Positions 60,798 to 64,000 of a stretch of 64,000 bases of DNA are shown here, piece by piece (the first letter of the stretch is position 1; each line of letters opens with the position of its first letter). The notes under the pieces are model-generated. The model worked only from the letters and a program-made list of their open reading frames with translations. It did no database searches and was not told where the DNA came from. The translations under genes and the position numbers were made by a program. Source of the DNA: Candidatus Latescibacterota bacterium (lineage in GTDB: Bacteria; Latescibacterota; UBA2968; UBA8231); NCBI GenBank assembly GCA_963422735.1, contig OY730476.1, positions 1,376,001-1,440,000 on the forward strand. Direction: 5' to 3'.

Positions 60798-62147
60798 TCA
60801 GGGCGCGACGACCCGCTTGAGTCGATCTTCGAAGTTGTCGCTCATCCTGTATATCAATCTACGTCTGCCCGTGTACTTGACGATGAACCCCATACTGTCG
60901 AGGGCACGGAGGTCGGTGCGTGCCGTCTCGTATGTGACGTTGTGGGATCGCCGGTGCCCATCTATGGTGTACAAGGCGTCCGAATGCTTGAGCATGTGCC
61001 CCAACAGGGCCACTTGGCGATGATTTAGCACCAATGCCGTATCGGAACCGCGGAGCATGGCCTCCAATCTGCTCGTCTCTTTGGTCTTGCGCGTCAAGTA
61101 CAGGTGCAAGAGGCGGATCGAGCCTAGGATCACTCTCAGGTTGTAGTCGAGGAAATACGTGACGTCGTTGTCGTCGATCTCAGAGAACACGTACGCACGG
61201 ACGTACTGAGCGGGTGCCTTCCGAATGACCGCCGAAATGGAGAGGAACTCGGTCAGCCAGTACCCCGATCTCGCCATGGACCAGTAGAAGAGTACTCTTG
61301 CGGTTCGTCCGTTTCCGTCTACAAACGGATGGTCGTAGCCGACCATGAAGTGAAGGAGGATGGCCTTGAGGACCGGATGCAGGAATTGGTCGTCCTCTGT
61401 GCGTCCATTGGCGAAATCCAAGAGCAGTTCGACGCGGTCGCTGAGCTGACTGGCGTCCGGGGGCGTGTGATCGACCTCGCCGTCGCGCTGGTCCACCACA
61501 GAGACCAAGTCGGTTGGCCGCCGGAGCCGCCCGACCGCATCCGGATCGAGCGTTTCTTCCGTCAGGGTCCTTTGCAGGTCCATGAGAATGGGGACTGTCA
61601 GTTCTTCGGCGACGTTCTCGCGTATAAACTCCATTCCCAGGTAGTTGTTGACGATCATCCGTTCGCTATTGTCGCGTGGCGGGCGGCCCGATCTCAGCAA
61701 CTCCTTGGCAACCCGGCGGATCGTGACGGCACCCTCTAGCTGACTTGAAGTGATCGCCTCTTCGATCAGAGAACTCATCAGATACCGTTCTTGGGAGCCG
61801 CTGTTGACCACATCGACATGGGGGGCCTCGATTCTCCCGCTCGCATCCCGATCCACCTGATGGAGCCGGCGGTACAGGTTCCCCGTGTCGCTGAATGAGA
61901 ACGGCCTGCCGCGAGTGTCCTTGAATGGCAGCGAGTGCCGCGAAACCATGCGCTTGAACTTGGTGGCAGTCCACCAGTCAAGGCTCGTAAACCCTTCCGG
62001 AGGGGGCAGATGACGAAGCTTGTCCTAATGCAGGTACCTGTCCTTGGGCAGGCTGCCAATGTCCGATCCCAGCAACTTGACCAAGTCATTTGGTTTGTAC
62101 GACGAGAATAACTCGCTGAAAAGCTTCGGGTTTTTGGGCATTCTCAT
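60798..62147 (-). pseudogene. Fic family protein with in-frame TAG at codon 41
   Basis: MRMPKNP...RYLH*DKLRH (TAG 62025-62027, Trp expected); SSQLEGA; HPFVDGNGRTAR; C-terminal HTH. Downstream ORF 60798..61949 is open. Confidence 0.8.
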
Positions 62148-62212
62148 GGCTGAAGTCGCGCTTACATCTGATGGCGTGAACTGCTACGCTCAGGTGATGA
62201 CGAAATACCAAT

Positions 62213-62243
62213 TAATTACTGATCTGGGTCAAATTAGTAATTA
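62213..62243. promoter_or_regulatory. AT-rich palindromic operator upstream of Fic gene
   Basis: TAATTACTGATCTG-GGT-CAAATTAGTAATTA imperfect IR. Confidence 0.55.
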
Positions 62244-62455
62244 GCACAAACGACGGTCCTGTGCGACGGTTGGGGTCGCGCGGAACCGAGCGATCGGCCC
62301 TGCGGTCATCGGCTGGGGTGGCTGACCTTGCTAGCTCCAAGTGTTTGCCGCCGAGGTCAGCCCGTGCGCGGTCTATGGCGATCCCCTGAGGATCCTGACC
62401 GCCCGGACCGACGTTACTAGTGGGCCGCTGTGTCATAACAGCGAAGGCCTCCAAC

Positions 62456-63814
62456 TCACCCCACATCTGCCACCGCCTCGCCTAATACCCGCACCTGCCC
62501 CTCGTCCTCGGCATTGACCCTAAACAAACACCCGTCGCACCCGTGCCCAGCCACCGCCTCGCCCAAAGCCCGCACCAGCTCGGGGGCCGCTCCCGCTGAA
62601 AGAGGCGGATACAGCGGCACCGCTCCACTGGTCTGCGTTTTTAAGCGAGCTACTTCCCGCTCGTACAGGGCGGCGATGGGCAAAGGACCTTTCGCCACCC
62701 CGGTCGCTGTCTCTGGTAAGTCCAAGTCCTCCACTCCGAACATGCGCCACACCAAAGCCAACACCTCGCTCTCGTCCAAGCCTTGAGCACGACGACACAA
62801 AGCCGCAGTCCACTCCCGCGCCAAGTTGGTCACCCCGGTCGCCCAACCCACCACGCCTCCGTGCGAACTCCCCCCCGTGAGAAAATCCGTCGCCTCCTCC
62901 CACTTGCCGTACCAATGCCCGCCCAACAGCCCTGTGGAGGCGGGAAACACATCGCTGCCAAAGACTTTGTCGCGGCCCCCAGCCTCCTGCACGGCCGCGC
63001 GAAATTCTCTCATGCGCTCGGCCAGTATATGGGCGCGGAACTGCACCCAATCGAGCACGGCCCCATCTTGGGCTAATAAGCCCAAAAAGTCCATCAAACC
63101 TGGACGCCCCGCAGCCAAGGCCCGCACCTCGGCCAAAGTCAATTGCTCTAGGCGTTGGCGCAGGGCCAGTACGCCACGCCGCATAGCCGCAAAATCGTAG
63201 CCCAAGCGGACGGCTTCGTCTTGGCAGCTAGCACAGCCGCAGGCCATCAGGCTGTGCACATTGGCCGGAGCCGGATAGCGAGCGTGGTCCACATCAAAGC
63301 CGTCGATAGCGTAGCGCTGCACCGCTTCGACCAAGCAGTCGCACGTCCACTCGTTGATCGCCTTGCGGCTCGGACACAGGCCAATGCCCCACTCCTGATA
63401 GCGCCTATCCAATGGCCGCCCCTCCAGATCGCGCAGGGCGTATTCGGGATAGACCTCGCCGCCGTAGCTCCACAAGCCGATGTGCCCCCACACTTCGATC
63501 CCCGCGCCTTTGCACGCCTCGATGACGCGCCGCAAGGGCGCATCGTCAAAGCCGCTGATAATCCCCGCCACTGGTGGGTACACGCCCTCCGCCCCGGTCG
63601 GCCAAGCATCGAGACGCTGGCGCCAGTCCTCAAAAGGCCCTCGCTTGGCCAACTCTGCCGAGGCGCTAAAGCCCGAGGTATGGCACACCGGACTTTCGGG
63701 CATGATCGTCGTCAGGCCGACGGCGTCCTTGAGCTTTTGCAGGGACTCGGGATGCTGGGCCACGTATTCAGTGTGGCAGAACCAGATGCGGCGGGATTTG
63801 TGAGTGGGCTTCAT
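62456..63814 (-). CDS. Glycoside hydrolase-like TIM-barrel protein (GHL10/DUF187-like)
   Basis: GIEVWG, LCPS, YAIDGFDVDHARY, CGCASC; ATG overlaps the upstream stop. Confidence 0.65.
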   Translation of the reverse strand: MKPTHKSRRIWFCHTEYVAQHPESLQKLKDAVGLTTIMPESPVCHTSGFSASAELAKRGPFEDWRQRLDAWPTGAEGVYPPVAGIISGFDDAPLRRVIEACKGAGIEVWGHIGLWSYGGEVYPEYALRDLEGRPLDRRYQEWGIGLCPSRKAINEWTCDCLVEAVQRYAIDGFDVDHARYPAPANVHSLMACGCASCQDEAVRLGYDFAAMRRGVLALRQRLEQLTLAEVRALAAGRPGLMDFLGLLAQDGAVLDWVQFRAHILAERMREFRAAVQEAGGRDKVFGSDVFPASTGLLGGHWYGKWEEATDFLTGGSSHGGVVGWATGVTNLAREWTAALCRRAQGLDESEVLALVWRMFGVEDLDLPETATGVAKGPLPIAALYEREVARLKTQTSGAVPLYPPLSAGAAPELVRALGEAVAGHGCDGCLFRVNAEDEGQVRVLGEAVADVG

Positions 63815-63999
63815 GTTTTGTCTGACTCCATCCAAGCGACCAACTGGCGCGCGATTCGAAAGGTCAGTCCCCACAACAGCGGCCGACCCGGCCCCAACAG
63901 GTCGAGCGCTGGAAAGGCCTGTTCTTCGCCGCGGCGTCGCAGCCGGTACTGGGTCCGGTTGCCGGGGTCGCGCAGTTGGTCGGCCCCCACCCAAAAAGC
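63811..63999 (-). CDS. C-terminus of CoA pyrophosphatase (Nudix), partial
   Basis: AFWVGADQL...FPAL...LLWGLTFRI ends in TGA overlapping the next ATG. Confidence 0.6.
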   Translation of the reverse strand, partial: AFWVGADQLRDPGNRTQYRLRRRGEEQAFPALDLLGPGRPLLWGLTFRIARQLVAWMESDKT

Positions 64000-64000
64000 C

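Noticed and set aside
62025-62027. Pyrrolysine codon
   Set aside because: Position corresponds to a conserved Trp; no pyl context.
62250-62450. Aldo/keto reductase remnant (YDTAAH)
   Set aside because: Too short and degenerate to support.

Overview
A 64 kb, mostly GC-rich bacterial window with lower-GC accessory patches. Secreted proteins with C-terminal PNPFN/FlgD-Ig-like domains, sulfatases and receptor-L/Kelch repeat proteins suggest an FCB-group organism (Latescibacterota/Gemmatimonadota-like), possibly host-associated; this is inference. Intact genes include gatB, an S9 peptidase, two paralogous M6 metalloproteases, a heterodimeric ABC transporter with DUF1854, an APS reductase, a MacB-type ABC exporter, sulfatases and an enolase/ThuA/dehydrogenase operon. 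These are interleaved with many decayed defence and mobile loci: type II and type I RM, VapBC, HicAB, Fic, two DUF4143 ATPases, a TnpB relic and MITEs. Main observations: (1) an unannotated UxxC ArsC-family selenoprotein with a SECIS-like hairpin 13 bp downstream of APS reductase; (2) a module made of a ~240 nt highly structured leader, a catalytically dead BtrH/C39-like protein, Yip1 and an MFP, whose MacB permease/ATPase half lies 11 kb away on the opposite strand with reciprocal scars; (3) integrase-less integron cassette arrays sharing one attC family; (4) a 113 bp gene-conversion tract between the permeases. All calls were made by eye; no searches were run.
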